From positions 4,055 to 68,054 of the forward strand of contig CAYMVO010000001.1 in the NCBI GenBank assembly GCA_964393975.1: a stretch of DNA of 64,000 nucleotides. Direction: 5' to 3'. A model generated the notes under the pieces. That model did no database searches and was not told the DNA's origin. It worked only from the letters and a program-made list of their open reading frames with translations. Origin of the DNA: an uncultured Lachnospiraceae bacterium. GTDB lineage: Bacteria > Bacillota > Clostridia > Christensenellales > UBA1242. Each line of letters begins with the position of its first letter. Position 1 is the stretch's first letter. This document shows positions 49,576-59,422 of the stretch, one piece after another. The translations under genes and the position numbers were made by a program.

Positions 49576-50679
49576 ATGATGAGAGAATTAACCGATGATG
49601 AAAAAGGTTGGATTGTTTTGCACGAGTGTTGCTTTAGCAGTGGTACGACTGGACTCACGAGTAAAATATACAAATACGTTAGTCGTGGAAGCGATATTTT
49701 AAACTATGAAGACCACAAAGATGCTTTCATAAAAATACTTGGTATAGAAAAATACAACTATTTAGTAGAAATGTGTAGCTATGAAACACTTGTGCTTTTT
49801 GAAAATAAAAACCTTCTTAATGGAATAGGTTTTTTGACAATTGAGAGTGTAGGGTACCCTAAAAAACTCAAAGAAATGAGTAATCCGCCAATAATATTAT
49901 TTTATATAGGTGATGTTTCATTGCTTGACACAAAGAGCATCGCTATTGTTGGCACTCGTGCGACTAGTAATTATGGTGCAAATATAACTAAAAAATTTGC
50001 TACAGAACTTGCTCAAAACGGACTCACTATTGTTAGTGGGTTAGCGGAAGGCGTAGATACTTTTGCGCATAGTGGTGCATTAGAAGCTGGCGGAAAGACT
50101 ATTGCAGTACTTGCTGGTGGTCTAAAAAAGATTTATCCCGTTATGAATCAAAATCTTGCGAAAGAAATCGCAAAAAAAGGACTCATTGTGACTGAGTATT
50201 CATATAGCACTGAATTTATGAAATACAATTTTCCTTTTAGAAATCGTATAATAGCAGGTCTCAGTGAAGGCGTGCTAGTGACCGAAGCTAGTGCGAAAAG
50301 TGGTTCTCGTTACACAGTACAGTATGCTATGGAAATGAATAGAAATATTTACGCTATCCCTGGCAATATAACGAGTTATAAAAGCGACTATCCTAACAGA
50401 CTGATAAAAGGCTGTAACGCATGTATGGTTATGGAACCAAAAGACATACTTTCTGACCTAAATTGCGTGTTTGTTGCAAAAAATAACACACAAGTAAAAC
50501 AAATGGATTTGACAGAAAGTATGATTTTGGATATAATCAAAGATGGTGAAGAAGTATATTACTATGAAATTCAAGAAAAAACGCAAATAGAAATCAGTAA
50601 ATTAAACGGTATTTTATTGCGTATGGAATTGATGGGATTAATTGTACAACTTCCTGGTAATAAATATAGAATTAACTAA
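49576..50679 (+). CDS. dprA: DNA-processing protein DprA
   Basis: Rossmann-like core with IVGTRATSNYG and SGLAEGVDTFAH, plus a C-terminal wHTH-like segment. Confidence 0.85.
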   Translation: MMRELTDDEKGWIVLHECCFSSGTTGLTSKIYKYVSRGSDILNYEDHKDAFIKILGIEKYNYLVEMCSYETLVLFENKNLLNGIGFLTIESVGYPKKLKEMSNPPIILFYIGDVSLLDTKSIAIVGTRATSNYGANITKKFATELAQNGLTIVSGLAEGVDTFAHSGALEAGGKTIAVLAGGLKKIYPVMNQNLAKEIAKKGLIVTEYSYSTEFMKYNFPFRNRIIAGLSEGVLVTEASAKSGSRYTVQYAMEMNRNIYAIPGNITSYKSDYPNRLIKGCNACMVMEPKDILSDLNCVFVAKNNTQVKQMDLTESMILDIIKDGEEVYYYEIQEKTQIEISKLNGILLRMELMGLIVQLPGNKYRIN

Positions 50680-50688
50680 TGGAGATTT

Positions 50689-52923
50689 ATGAAATTATTT
50701 ATCATAGAAGGTCCTGGTAAACAAGGGGCAATAAAAAAATATTTAGGGGATGATTATGCGGTCTTCCCTACAAAAGGACATATTAGAGATTTGCCCGAAA
50801 AGACTTTAGGTATAGATGTGAATAATAATTTTGAGCCGACTTACACAAATTTACCCGATAAAAAGTCCATTATTAGCGAATTGAAAGTTCTAGCGAAAAA
50901 ATGCGATGGTGTGTATCTTGCGACAGATCCTGATAGAGAAGGTGAAGCAATTAGTTGGCACGTAGCGTATGTGCTTGGATTGGATAAAGATGCAAAGTGC
51001 CGTATAACTTTTAATGAGATTTCACAAAAGGCGATTTTAAAAGCACTTGAAAATCCTCGCGCTTTGAACTATGATTTAATTGATGCGCAACAAGCAAGAA
51101 GGGTGTTGGATAGATTAGTTGGTTATAAGATTTCACCTATTCTAAATAAGAGTCTATTAGAAAAGCAACTCAGTGCTGGTCGTGTACAGTCTGTCGCTTT
51201 AAAATTAGTAGTAGAAAGAGAGCGTGAAATACAAAATTTTAAACCCGAAGAGTATTGGACGCTTAACGCGCTTTGTGAAAAAGATAATATTGAGTTTAAA
51301 TCGGCATTAGTGAGTAAGAACGGCAAAAAATACACAATAAAAAGTCAAAAAGAGATGGATGAAGTTTTAGATATTTTAAGACGAAACATTTTCAAAGTCA
51401 GCAAAGTTGCTCGTGAGCTTAAAAAAGTTAGACCTCAACCACCATTTATCACTAGCAGTATGCAACAAGACGCAGGTTCAAAACTCAAATTTGCTCTTAG
51501 CACGACTACAAAAGTTGCTCAAAGTTTGTATGAGGGCGTCACCACAAAATCTTATGGTAAAAAAGCGTTAATCACCTATATTCGTACAGACTCTACAAGA
51601 GTGAGTACTGATGCGCAAATCGCTACAAAAGAGTTTATTTTGAAAAAATATGGTAGCAAATACGCGCCAGAAAAATTTAATATCTACGCTTCAAAAGCCT
51701 CCGCTCAAGAAGGTCACGAAGCAATAAGACCTATTGATATAAATATAACGCCTGAGTCTATAAAAACGGAAATCACTACAGAACAGTATAAACTTTACAA
51801 ATTGGTATACGATAGATTTTTAGCAAGTCAAATGAGTGATGCGGTTTTTGACACATTGACTGTAGAAATAGATTCGGATATATACACATTTAAGGTTGTA
51901 GGTAAAACACCTATTTTTGATGGCTTTCAAGCGGTCTATAAGGCAGTCCAAAATGATGAAGAGGAGTCAAACGACAAAGAAATCAAATTGCCAAACCTTA
52001 ACGAGGGCGATATTTTAAGATTGGTAGATTTACTCCACGAGCAAAAGTTTACCAAACCACCACTTAGATATACCGAGCCGTCGTTTATAAAATTAATGGA
52101 AGCTAAAGGCATAGGCAGACCAGCGACTTACGCTCAAACAGTCAACATTTTATTTAAGCGAAATTATTGCGTTTTAGATGGAAAATATTTTGTTCCCACT
52201 GAGATAGGTTTTGCGGTTTGTGACTTTTTGGAGAAAAACTTTGAGGATATTATGAATGTCAGTTTTACCGCTGAAATGGAGGAAAAACTTGATGAAATCT
52301 CAAAAGGTAAAATTGAATGGCATAAAGTCATTAGTGATTTTTATGGTGGGTTTGAAAAACAATTAATAAAGGTTAATGGTTACATCCAAGATAACCCTAT
52401 TGAAAGCGATGAGGTTTGCGAAAAGTGCGGAAGTAAAATGTATATAAAGACTAGTGCAAATGGTAAATTTTTAGGTTGTTCAAAGTATCCTGAATGTACA
52501 TTTACAAAAAGTCTTGTCACAAAGGAAAAAACGCCCGTTATAGAGACCGATATTTTATGCGAAAAATGTGGTAGTAAACTAGTAATAAGGACTGGAAAGA
52601 ATGGTAAATTTTTGGCTTGTCCAAAATTTCCTACTTGCAAATTCACTATGCCTTATATTGATGAAAGTGCGGAGACGGGTGTCTGTCCTGATTGTGGCAA
52701 AAAGGTTGTACAGAAAAAGTCTAAAAATGGAAAAATATTCTTTGGTTGCATTGGGTATCCTAATTGTGGATTTATTAGTTGGGATTTACCACTAAAAGAT
52801 GTTTGCCCAAATTGTAAAGCACATCTATTTAAAAAGTTTAGAAATGATTATACCGAAGTGTACTGTTCAAAACGATGCGGTTATTGTGTAAAAACAAAAA
52901 AGGAAGATAAGAATGAAGATTAA
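50689..52923 (+). CDS. topA: DNA topoisomerase I
   Basis: TOPRIM (LFIIEGPGK, DPDREGEAISWH), active-site Tyr context ITYIRTDS, and four C-terminal C4 zinc ribbons are present. Confidence 0.95.
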   Translation: MKLFIIEGPGKQGAIKKYLGDDYAVFPTKGHIRDLPEKTLGIDVNNNFEPTYTNLPDKKSIISELKVLAKKCDGVYLATDPDREGEAISWHVAYVLGLDKDAKCRITFNEISQKAILKALENPRALNYDLIDAQQARRVLDRLVGYKISPILNKSLLEKQLSAGRVQSVALKLVVEREREIQNFKPEEYWTLNALCEKDNIEFKSALVSKNGKKYTIKSQKEMDEVLDILRRNIFKVSKVARELKKVRPQPPFITSSMQQDAGSKLKFALSTTTKVAQSLYEGVTTKSYGKKALITYIRTDSTRVSTDAQIATKEFILKKYGSKYAPEKFNIYASKASAQEGHEAIRPIDINITPESIKTEITTEQYKLYKLVYDRFLASQMSDAVFDTLTVEIDSDIYTFKVVGKTPIFDGFQAVYKAVQNDEEESNDKEIKLPNLNEGDILRLVDLLHEQKFTKPPLRYTEPSFIKLMEAKGIGRPATYAQTVNILFKRNYCVLDGKYFVPTEIGFAVCDFLEKNFEDIMNVSFTAEMEEKLDEISKGKIEWHKVISDFYGGFEKQLIKVNGYIQDNPIESDEVCEKCGSKMYIKTSANGKFLGCSKYPECTFTKSLVTKEKTPVIETDILCEKCGSKLVIRTGKNGKFLACPKFPTCKFTMPYIDESAETGVCPDCGKKVVQKKSKNGKIFFGCIGYPNCGFISWDLPLKDVCPNCKAHLFKKFRNDYTEVYCSKRCGYCVKTKKEDKNED

Positions 52924-54220
52924 TGTTATAGGTGCGGGGCTTGCGGGTACGGAGGCGAGTTATCAACTAGCAAAACGAGGTTATGAAGTCAATCTTTACG
53001 ATATAAAACCAAATCATTTTACTGATGCTCACACGGATAAAAATTTTGGCGAACTAGTTTGTAGCAACTCTCTTAAGAGTAGTGAATTGACAAACGCTTG
53101 CGGATTGCTCAAAAAAGAAATGGAGCTATTAGACAGTTTGTTTATAAAGTCTGCTAACGCAAATAGTTTGCCTGCGGGGACTGCTTTGGCGGTGGATAGA
53201 GAAGGGTTTGCAAAGTTTATAACCGATGAAATTAAGAGTAATTCTAATATTCATTTTACATCAAAAGAAATCACGAATATTGACCTTAATGAACCTACCA
53301 TAATTGCCACAGGTCCATTGACTACACCTGCACTTGCTGGGTTTTTGCAAAAAATATTCAATGAAAAATATCTTAGTTTTTACGATGCAGTTGCACCTAT
53401 CATATCGCTTGATAGCATTGATATGACTAAAGCATTTATAGCGGATAGATATGAAAAAGGTAATGGTGATTATATAAACTGCGGACTTAACAAAGAAGAA
53501 TATTATACCTTTGTAAACGAACTAGTTAAAGCAGATTGTGTGGTGTTAAAGTCTTTTGAAACAGGCGATGTTTTTGAAGGGTGTATGCCAGTAGAGGTCT
53601 TAGCGAAACGTGATTTGAACGCTTTAAGGTTTGGTCCTATGAAACCTATTGGTATAAAGCACCCCGTTACAAACGAAAAATATTATGCGGTTTTGCAATT
53701 AAGAAGAGATAATCAGCAAAACACGCTTTATAATATGGTAGGTTTTCAAACAAATTTGACTTTTGGTGAGCAAAAACGAGTTTTTAGACTTATTCCAGCG
53801 CTTGAAAACGCCGAGTTTGTGAGATTTGGTGTTATGCATAAAAACACATTTATCAATGCCCCATGTTTGATTAACGAATTTTATCAACTAAAAAACTATC
53901 CAAATATTTTTATTGCCGGACAATTGAGCGGTGTAGAAGGATATGTAGAGAGTGCTAGCAGTGGGCTTATGTGCGGTATCAATATGGATAAGTTTTTGAA
54001 AGGGGAAAGTCTGATAGACTTTACTAGTAAAACCGCTATCGGTTCATTACCAAACTATATTTCAAGAGCTAATAGTAAAAATTTTCAACCAATGAATGCA
54101 AATTATGGTATAATGGATACTGTAGCACTAGATACTAAAGACAAAAAGGTCATTAGAACTGAAATTGCAAATCGTGCTATAGACATAATAAAAAAATATT
54201 TAGAAAATCAGGAGATATAA
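52913..54220 (+). CDS. trmFO: methylenetetrahydrofolate--tRNA-(uracil-5-)-methyltransferase TrmFO
   Basis: FAD motif VIGAGLAGTEA, conserved ELVCSNS, and position after topA as in Bacilli. Confidence 0.9.
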   Translation: MKINVIGAGLAGTEASYQLAKRGYEVNLYDIKPNHFTDAHTDKNFGELVCSNSLKSSELTNACGLLKKEMELLDSLFIKSANANSLPAGTALAVDREGFAKFITDEIKSNSNIHFTSKEITNIDLNEPTIIATGPLTTPALAGFLQKIFNEKYLSFYDAVAPIISLDSIDMTKAFIADRYEKGNGDYINCGLNKEEYYTFVNELVKADCVVLKSFETGDVFEGCMPVEVLAKRDLNALRFGPMKPIGIKHPVTNEKYYAVLQLRRDNQQNTLYNMVGFQTNLTFGEQKRVFRLIPALENAEFVRFGVMHKNTFINAPCLINEFYQLKNYPNIFIAGQLSGVEGYVESASSGLMCGINMDKFLKGESLIDFTSKTAIGSLPNYISRANSKNFQPMNANYGIMDTVALDTKDKKVIRTEIANRAIDIIKKYLENQEI

Positions 54221-54754
54221 ATGGAATTTAGAGGAACAACAATTATTGCTGTCAAAAAAGATGGTAAAACGGTTATCGCGGGTGATGGGCAAGTAACATT
54301 TAATCAAAATGTTGTGCTAAAAGGCAACGCTGTAAAGGTAAGAAGAATTTTTAAAGACCAAGTAATCGTTGGTTTTGCAGGGAGCGTGGCTGATGCTTTT
54401 AGTCTAAGTGACAGATTCGAAAAAATGTTAAATAAATTTTCGGGCAATTTAATGCGTAGCGCAGTGGAACTAGCACAACTTTGGCGTACGGACAAGGCTA
54501 TGAGACAATTAGAAGCAATGCTACTCGTAGCAGACAAAGACCAAATCTTGCTTATTAGCGGTACAGGTGAGGTGATAGAACCTGAATATGGAGTAATTGC
54601 TATCGGTTCGGGTGGCAATTATGCGTTATCTGCTGGTAAAGCGTTATTAGATAACACTGACCTAAGCGCAAGGGAAATTGCTTTGAAAGCAATGCAAATC
54701 GCTAGTGAAATCTGTATTTTTACAAACAATAATTTTGTAGTAGAGGAGGTGTAA
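54221..54754 (+). CDS. hslV: ATP-dependent protease subunit HslV (ClpQ)
   Basis: GTTIIAV N-terminal nucleophile region preceded by a short propeptide (as in B. subtilis ClpQ), plus GSGG. Confidence 0.9.
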   Translation: MEFRGTTIIAVKKDGKTVIAGDGQVTFNQNVVLKGNAVKVRRIFKDQVIVGFAGSVADAFSLSDRFEKMLNKFSGNLMRSAVELAQLWRTDKAMRQLEAMLLVADKDQILLISGTGEVIEPEYGVIAIGSGGNYALSAGKALLDNTDLSAREIALKAMQIASEICIFTNNNFVVEEV

Positions 54755-54755
54755 T

Positions 54756-56060
54756 ATGGGATTGTCACCAAAACAAATTTGCAATGAATTAGATAAATAC
54801 ATTATAGGTCAAGACCACGCAAAAAGAGCTGTGGCTATTGCTCTTAGAAACCGCTATAGAAGAAGTATGCTTAGTGACGAACTAAAGGAAGAAATTACAC
54901 CTAAAAATATCATTATGAGAGGTCCTACGGGCGTAGGTAAGACCGAGATTGCAAGGAGACTAGCAAAATTAGTCAAAGCACCTTTTATAAAGGTAGAGGC
55001 GACAAAATTTACCGAGGTTGGATATGTTGGTCGTGATGTTGAGAGTATGGTTAGAGATCTAGTTGAAATGTCTATTCGTATGGTCAAGGATGAAAAGAGA
55101 AAGACTGTAATGGAAAAGGCAAAAGCTAGCGTAGATACAAGACTTATTGATGCAATTTATATAAATGTATTAAAAACGGAGAAAAAGGAAACATCAACTG
55201 ATGTTAAAGAGGCTGTAATCAATGACTACAATGCGGGTAAATACGAAGACTATTTAATAGAGATTGATGTAATCTCAAACGCCAAACAAGTAGATGTTAT
55301 AGGTGGAATGGAGATAAATATTCAAGATATGCTTGGTTCTATTTTTCCTCCTAAAAAACAACGACGCAAACTCAAAGTCAAACAAGCAAGAGATTTGTTA
55401 TTTAATGAAGAGGCGGATAAACTCATTGACCAAGATAGCGTAAACGCTGAAGCTATTCGCAGAGCAGAGCAAGATGGTATTATATTTATTGATGAAATAG
55501 ATAAAATTGCTACTGCACACGGCGGTAACAACGGGACAGATGTTTCTCGTGAAGGTGTACAACGGGATATTTTACCTATTGTGGAGGGGTGCACTGTTAG
55601 CACAAAATACGGTCAAATACGTACAGATTATATTTTATTTATTGCATCGGGTGCATTTCACGTATCAAACATAGAAGATTTGATTCCTGAATTGCAAGGT
55701 AGATTTCCTATCCGTGTTGACCTAGACAACCTTACTAGAGCAGATTTTTTGAAAATACTTGTGCAACCACAAAACGCTATTGTAAAACAATATCAAGAGT
55801 TGCTCAAAACTGATAAAATCGACCTTAGTTTTAGCGAAGGCGCTTTGGAAACTATTGCCGAAATTGCCGAGCAAGAAAACGAGACTAGTGAAAATATTGG
55901 CGCTAGAAGGCTCCATACCGTAATGGAAGAACTTTTGGAAGATATATCGTTTAATGCCGATGGTGAGGTCGCAGTAAAAGTAGATATAACAAAAGAATAT
56001 GTTGAAAATATTTTCAAAGGTAATATTGGTCAATACGATTTGAAGAAGTATATTCTTTAA
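54756..56060 (+). CDS. hslU: ATP-dependent protease ATPase subunit HslU (ClpY)
   Basis: LDKYIIGQ, Walker A GPTGVGKTEIARRLA, Walker B IIFIDEIDK, and GARRLHTVME sensor region are present. Confidence 0.95.
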   Translation: MGLSPKQICNELDKYIIGQDHAKRAVAIALRNRYRRSMLSDELKEEITPKNIIMRGPTGVGKTEIARRLAKLVKAPFIKVEATKFTEVGYVGRDVESMVRDLVEMSIRMVKDEKRKTVMEKAKASVDTRLIDAIYINVLKTEKKETSTDVKEAVINDYNAGKYEDYLIEIDVISNAKQVDVIGGMEINIQDMLGSIFPPKKQRRKLKVKQARDLLFNEEADKLIDQDSVNAEAIRRAEQDGIIFIDEIDKIATAHGGNNGTDVSREGVQRDILPIVEGCTVSTKYGQIRTDYILFIASGAFHVSNIEDLIPELQGRFPIRVDLDNLTRADFLKILVQPQNAIVKQYQELLKTDKIDLSFSEGALETIAEIAEQENETSENIGARRLHTVMEELLEDISFNADGEVAVKVDITKEYVENIFKGNIGQYDLKKYIL

Positions 56061-56108
56061 TCAATTTACAAAAACTAAACGTAGTATTTTATGTAGGAGA
56101 AAATAAAT

Positions 56109-56429
56109 ATGAGAGAATTAAAACATATAAACGAAAATGAATTTGAGTCAGTAGTTAGCTCAAACAAACTTGTTCTGGTTGACTTTTTTGCTACTTGGTG
56201 TCCGCCTTGCAAGATGCTTGGACCTGTGCTAGAAGAAACTTTACAAGAAGTAGGCGATGATACTGATATTGTCAAGATAAATGTTGATGAAAATGAAAAA
56301 TTGAGTCAAAAATTTAATATTATGAGTGTTCCGACACTTATTCTATTCAAAGATGGTGAAATGGTTGATAAGACTATAGGTTATCAACCTAAAGAGCAAA
56401 TATTAAATTTTATAAATCAAAATAAATAA
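56109..56429 (+). CDS. trxA: thioredoxin
   Basis: WCPPCK active site is present, in a 106-aa protein. Confidence 0.9.
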   Translation: MRELKHINENEFESVVSSNKLVLVDFFATWCPPCKMLGPVLEETLQEVGDDTDIVKINVDENEKLSQKFNIMSVPTLILFKDGEMVDKTIGYQPKEQILNFINQNK

Positions 56430-56439
56430 GTGCAAAATT

Positions 56440-56474
56440 AAGTAGCGCGTCAATATTGACAACTACTTTTTTTT
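56440..56474 (+). terminator. rho-independent terminator after trxA
   Basis: AAGTAG ... CTACTT outer stem enclosing the perfect palindrome GTCAATATTGAC (56449-56460), followed by T8. Confidence 0.65.
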
Positions 56475-56484
56475 GTGGTAAAAT
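56456..56484 (+). promoter_or_regulatory. sigmaA-type promoter (TTGACA-17-TGgTAAAAT) for nifS
   Basis: -35 at 56456-56461 is embedded in the trxA terminator. Extended -10 at 56476-56484. Confidence 0.5.
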
Positions 56485-56522
56485 TACATATATTAAACAT
56501 TTTTATATAAAAGGGGTACAAA

Positions 56523-57707
56523 ATGGAAATACGTAAAGTTTACCTTGATAACTCGGCTACAACATTTGTTGGTAGTGATGTCTTGAGAGAAATGCTTCCT
56601 ACTTTTAACGCTAGTTTTGGCAATCCTAACAGTCCAAATTCTTATGGTAGGGAGGCGCACGCTTTAGTGGAGCTTGCTCGTGAGAGAGTCGCAAAGTCTA
56701 TCGGTGCGAAAGCTAGCGAAATTTATTTTACATCAGGTGGCACAGAGTCTAACAACTGGGCTATAAAGGGTATTGCTCATAAATTAAAAGAAAAAGGTAA
56801 TCATATTATCACATCTGCCATTGAGCACGATAGTATACTCAATGCTTGTAAGCAACTAGAGGGTGAGGGGTTTAAGGTAACATATCTTAGACCTGACGAA
56901 AATGGTATAATCAGTATAGCAGATTTGATGCACAATATCGGCAAAGGCACTATTTTAATATCAATAATGTCAGCTAATAATGAGCTAGGCACTATCCAAA
57001 ATATTCAAGCGCTCGCTCATACAGCACAAGAAAAAGGTATTGTTTTTCACACTGATGCCACACAAGCTTATGGCGCTATAAACTTTCATGTAAATGATAT
57101 GTGTATAGATATGATGAGTATTAGTAGTCATAAGATATATGGTCCAAAAGGTGTTGGTGCGTTATATATTCGTGAGGGGATTGAGCTAGAGCCACTTTTA
57201 AATGGTGGCGAGCAAGAAAACGGAATGCGTGGTGGCACTAGCAATGTACCTGGTATAGTTGGCTTTGGCAAGGCGTGTGAGATAGCTACTAGAGATATGA
57301 GTATCAATGCACATAAAATAAGATCTCTAAAAGAGCATTTTATAAAAAAATTAACCGCCGAAGTACCGAACTTTAAAATCAATGGTCACAATTACCAAAG
57401 ATTACAAGGCGTTTTGAGTATTACTTTTGAGGGGGTGGATGGTGAGGCGTTAACCACACTTTTGGATATGAAAGGTATTGCAGTCAGTACTGGAAGTGCT
57501 TGCAATAGTGGTTCACATAAACCTAGTTACGTTTTGACAGCTATCGGTTTAGATACTATCGAGGCAAAAAGTACTATACGAATTTCTATAGGTAAAAGTA
57601 ATACAAAAGAAGAGCTTGACTATGTGGTTTTGACTATCAAAGATGCTGTGGAAAATTTGAGAGCAATAAGTCCTATTAGAATAAAAAAGAAAAAGTTGGA
57701 GGATTAG
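56523..57707 (+). CDS. nifS: cysteine desulfurase (NifS/IscS class I)
   Basis: PLP-lysine context SSHKIYGPKG and catalytic Cys loop STGSACNSG are present. Confidence 0.9.
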   Translation: MEIRKVYLDNSATTFVGSDVLREMLPTFNASFGNPNSPNSYGREAHALVELARERVAKSIGAKASEIYFTSGGTESNNWAIKGIAHKLKEKGNHIITSAIEHDSILNACKQLEGEGFKVTYLRPDENGIISIADLMHNIGKGTILISIMSANNELGTIQNIQALAHTAQEKGIVFHTDATQAYGAINFHVNDMCIDMMSISSHKIYGPKGVGALYIREGIELEPLLNGGEQENGMRGGTSNVPGIVGFGKACEIATRDMSINAHKIRSLKEHFIKKLTAEVPNFKINGHNYQRLQGVLSITFEGVDGEALTTLLDMKGIAVSTGSACNSGSHKPSYVLTAIGLDTIEAKSTIRISIGKSNTKEELDYVVLTIKDAVENLRAISPIRIKKKKLED

Positions 57708-57710
57708 TAT

Positions 57711-58100
57711 ATGTATAGTGAAAAAGTTATGCAAATATTTGCACATCCAAAAAACGTAGGTATCATAAAAAATGCCGATGCAGTCGGTGAAGCGGAAAAC
57801 AAGTCTCGCGGTGCTGTTATAAAGCTTTATTTGAGTGTTGATATTGACACCATTGCTGAAGTAAAATTTAAAGCATTCGGAGATCCATACATAATCGCTT
57901 GTATGTCAGTGCTAACTGGTATGCTAAAAGATAAAAACATTGACACTATTGAAACATTTAATAGTGAAGCGGTACTAAGTTATTTAGGCGATATTCCGAA
58001 AGAACAAGAGTATATAGTAGGATTGATTAATGATTTAATAGCTGATACTTTAAAAGATTATCACAAAAAATTACAAAAATTATCCGAATTTGATGCATAA
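57711..58100 (+). CDS. NifU/IscU-like protein lacking the canonical Fe-S ligand cysteines
   Basis: N-terminus MYSEKVMQIFAHPKNVG and FKAFG, LKDYHKK match U-type scaffold framework residues. However, CGD reads RGA, FGCG reads FGDP and HCS reads YIV. Only one Cys is present in 129 aa. Confidence 0.6.
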   Translation: MYSEKVMQIFAHPKNVGIIKNADAVGEAENKSRGAVIKLYLSVDIDTIAEVKFKAFGDPYIIACMSVLTGMLKDKNIDTIETFNSEAVLSYLGDIPKEQEYIVGLINDLIADTLKDYHKKLQKLSEFDA

Positions 58101-58235
58101 GTTTAATAAATTAGAACAAAATAAGATTGAACATAGATTTTATTGGTGTATTCAATGAAAACTGTGTTCTTTTTTTCATTTATCTATTATGTATAAATTT
58201 AGTAAAGTTACAGATACTAATAGCAAAGGAGGTAT

Positions 58236-58397
58236 ATGATGAAAGATTGTTTAATCATCGGTATGGCACTAGGGTTTTTAGTTGGTGCTGTTTTGGTGCA
58301 AAGCAACAAAAGCGTCCAAAACTTAGTCAAACAAGGTAAAGAAAAAGCACAGAAGAAAATACAAGAGCTCACGCAAAATAGCCCCCAAGAAAACTAA
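58236..58397 (+). CDS. small membrane protein (53 aa, YtxH-like), not in the ORF track
   Basis: AAGGAGG SD (58226-58232) precedes the ATG. The product is MMKDCLIIGMALGFLVGAVLVQSNKSVQNLVKQGKEKAQKKIQELTQNSPQEN, one TM helix plus an amphipathic tail. A terminator follows at 58424. Confidence 0.6.
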   Translation: MMKDCLIIGMALGFLVGAVLVQSNKSVQNLVKQGKEKAQKKIQELTQNSPQEN

Positions 58398-58423
58398 AGA
58401 TTTAGTACATATCATTTATTAAT

Positions 58424-58457
58424 ACCAAAAGCGTATATGCAGAGCTTTTGGTATTTT
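58424..58457 (+). terminator. rho-independent terminator
   Basis: ACCAAAAGC-gtatatgcaga-GCTTTTGGT stem followed by ATTTT. Confidence 0.75.
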
Positions 58458-58477
58458 AAGTTTTTTGCGTATTTTAT

Positions 58478-58506
58478 TTGACAATACAATTTTTTTATTG
58501 TATAAT
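58478..58506 (+). promoter_or_regulatory. sigmaA-type promoter (TTGACA-17-TATAAT) for ruvX
   Basis: Consensus hexamers at 58478-58483 and 58501-58506. Confidence 0.65.
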
Positions 58507-58549
58507 TTGCTTATACCTTTAAGTTAGGTATTAAATAAAAGAGGTACTT

Positions 58550-58966
58550 ATGCGTAAGATGTCACTTGATTTAGGAGATAGGCGAATAGGAGTCGCTACT
58601 AGTGATTTATTGGGATTGATTGCAAACCCTCTAGAGACTTATACCCGTTCTAGTCTAAAAGCTGATATAGAACATATTGCAAAACTAGTAAAAGATTATG
58701 AGGTCGATTGCATCGTACTCGGTCTACCTATAAATATGGATGGGACAGAGGGCGAGCGTGTTGAAAAATCTCGTGAATTTGGTAGAATTCTTAGTGCAAA
58801 CATTCCTAATATCAGGATAGATTATATGGATGAGCGTTGGACGACTGTTAGTGCTGAACGAATGCTTATTGAGGCGGACGTTAGTCGGGAAAAGCGTAAA
58901 ACGGTGATAGACAAAGTCGCTGCGACAATTATTTTGCAAAGTTACCTTGATAAAACAAAAAAATAA
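58550..58966 (+). CDS. ruvX: putative pre-16S rRNA nuclease / Holliday-junction-resolvase-like YqgF
   Basis: LDLGDRRIGVATSD N-terminus, LGLPINMDGTEGE and DERWTT motifs are present. Confidence 0.9.
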   Translation: MRKMSLDLGDRRIGVATSDLLGLIANPLETYTRSSLKADIEHIAKLVKDYEVDCIVLGLPINMDGTEGERVEKSREFGRILSANIPNIRIDYMDERWTTVSAERMLIEADVSREKRKTVIDKVAATIILQSYLDKTKK

Positions 58967-58984
58967 ATATTTAAGGAGTCTTTT

Positions 58985-59320
58985 ATGAAAGAACTTACCC
59001 CTATTGAAAAAATTTTTAGTGATGATAACAACGAAAACGTTGTTCTTTACAATGGCAATGATGAACCTGTTGAGTTTGAGCAAATTGCTATCGTTCCAAT
59101 GGATGATAAAGACTATTGTATCTTGAAGCCTGTAAAGCCACTTGAAGGTATGGCTGAAGACGAGGCGTTAGTATTCTTCTTGAAAGAAGATGAAGATGAT
59201 GACTCTATGTCTTTGGAGCTTGAGCCTAATGAGGAAATAGTAGATAAAGTCTTTGATGTATATTACGAACTTTTAGCAGAACAAGCATCTGAGGATGATG
59301 CCAAAGACAACAATGACTAG
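58985..59320 (+). CDS. DUF1292-family acidic protein
   Basis: Pattern of VEFEQIAIVPMDDKDYCILKP...EDEALVF plus an acidic tail. It sits directly after ruvX, as yrzB does in Bacilli. Confidence 0.7.
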   Translation: MKELTPIEKIFSDDNNENVVLYNGNDEPVEFEQIAIVPMDDKDYCILKPVKPLEGMAEDEALVFFLKEDEDDDSMSLELEPNEEIVDKVFDVYYELLAEQASEDDAKDNND

Positions 59321-59354
59321 ATATAATTTTTAATTATTTATTCAAAATTTTGAT

Positions 59355-59383
59355 AAAATCGCTATTTTGGGGCGATTTTTTTT
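59355..59383 (+). terminator. rho-independent terminator
   Basis: AAAATCGC-tattttggg-GCGATTTT stem followed by a T run. Confidence 0.75.
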
Positions 59384-59393
59384 GATAAAGTAA

Positions 59394-59422
59394 TTGATTT
59401 TTTAAATAAACTATGTTATCAT
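59394..59422 (+). promoter_or_regulatory. sigmaA-type promoter (TTGATT-17-TGtTATCAT) for rpsB
   Basis: -35 at 59394-59399 and extended -10 at 59414-59422. It leaves a leader of ~110 nt. Confidence 0.5.

Noticed and set aside
56449-56460. Perfect 12-bp palindrome GTCAATATTGAC overlapping the -35 of the nifS promoter, as a candidate operator for an Rrf2/IscR-like regulator.
   Set aside because: It forms the apex of the trxA rho-independent terminator (outer AAGTAG/CTACTT stem plus T8), which explains it fully. There is no second half-site or other regulator evidence.
58127-58339. 70-aa track ORF downstream of the NifU-like gene.
   Set aside because: It has a TTG start without an SD and an odd composition. 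It overlaps, in another frame, the SD-supported 53-aa ORF at 58236-58397.
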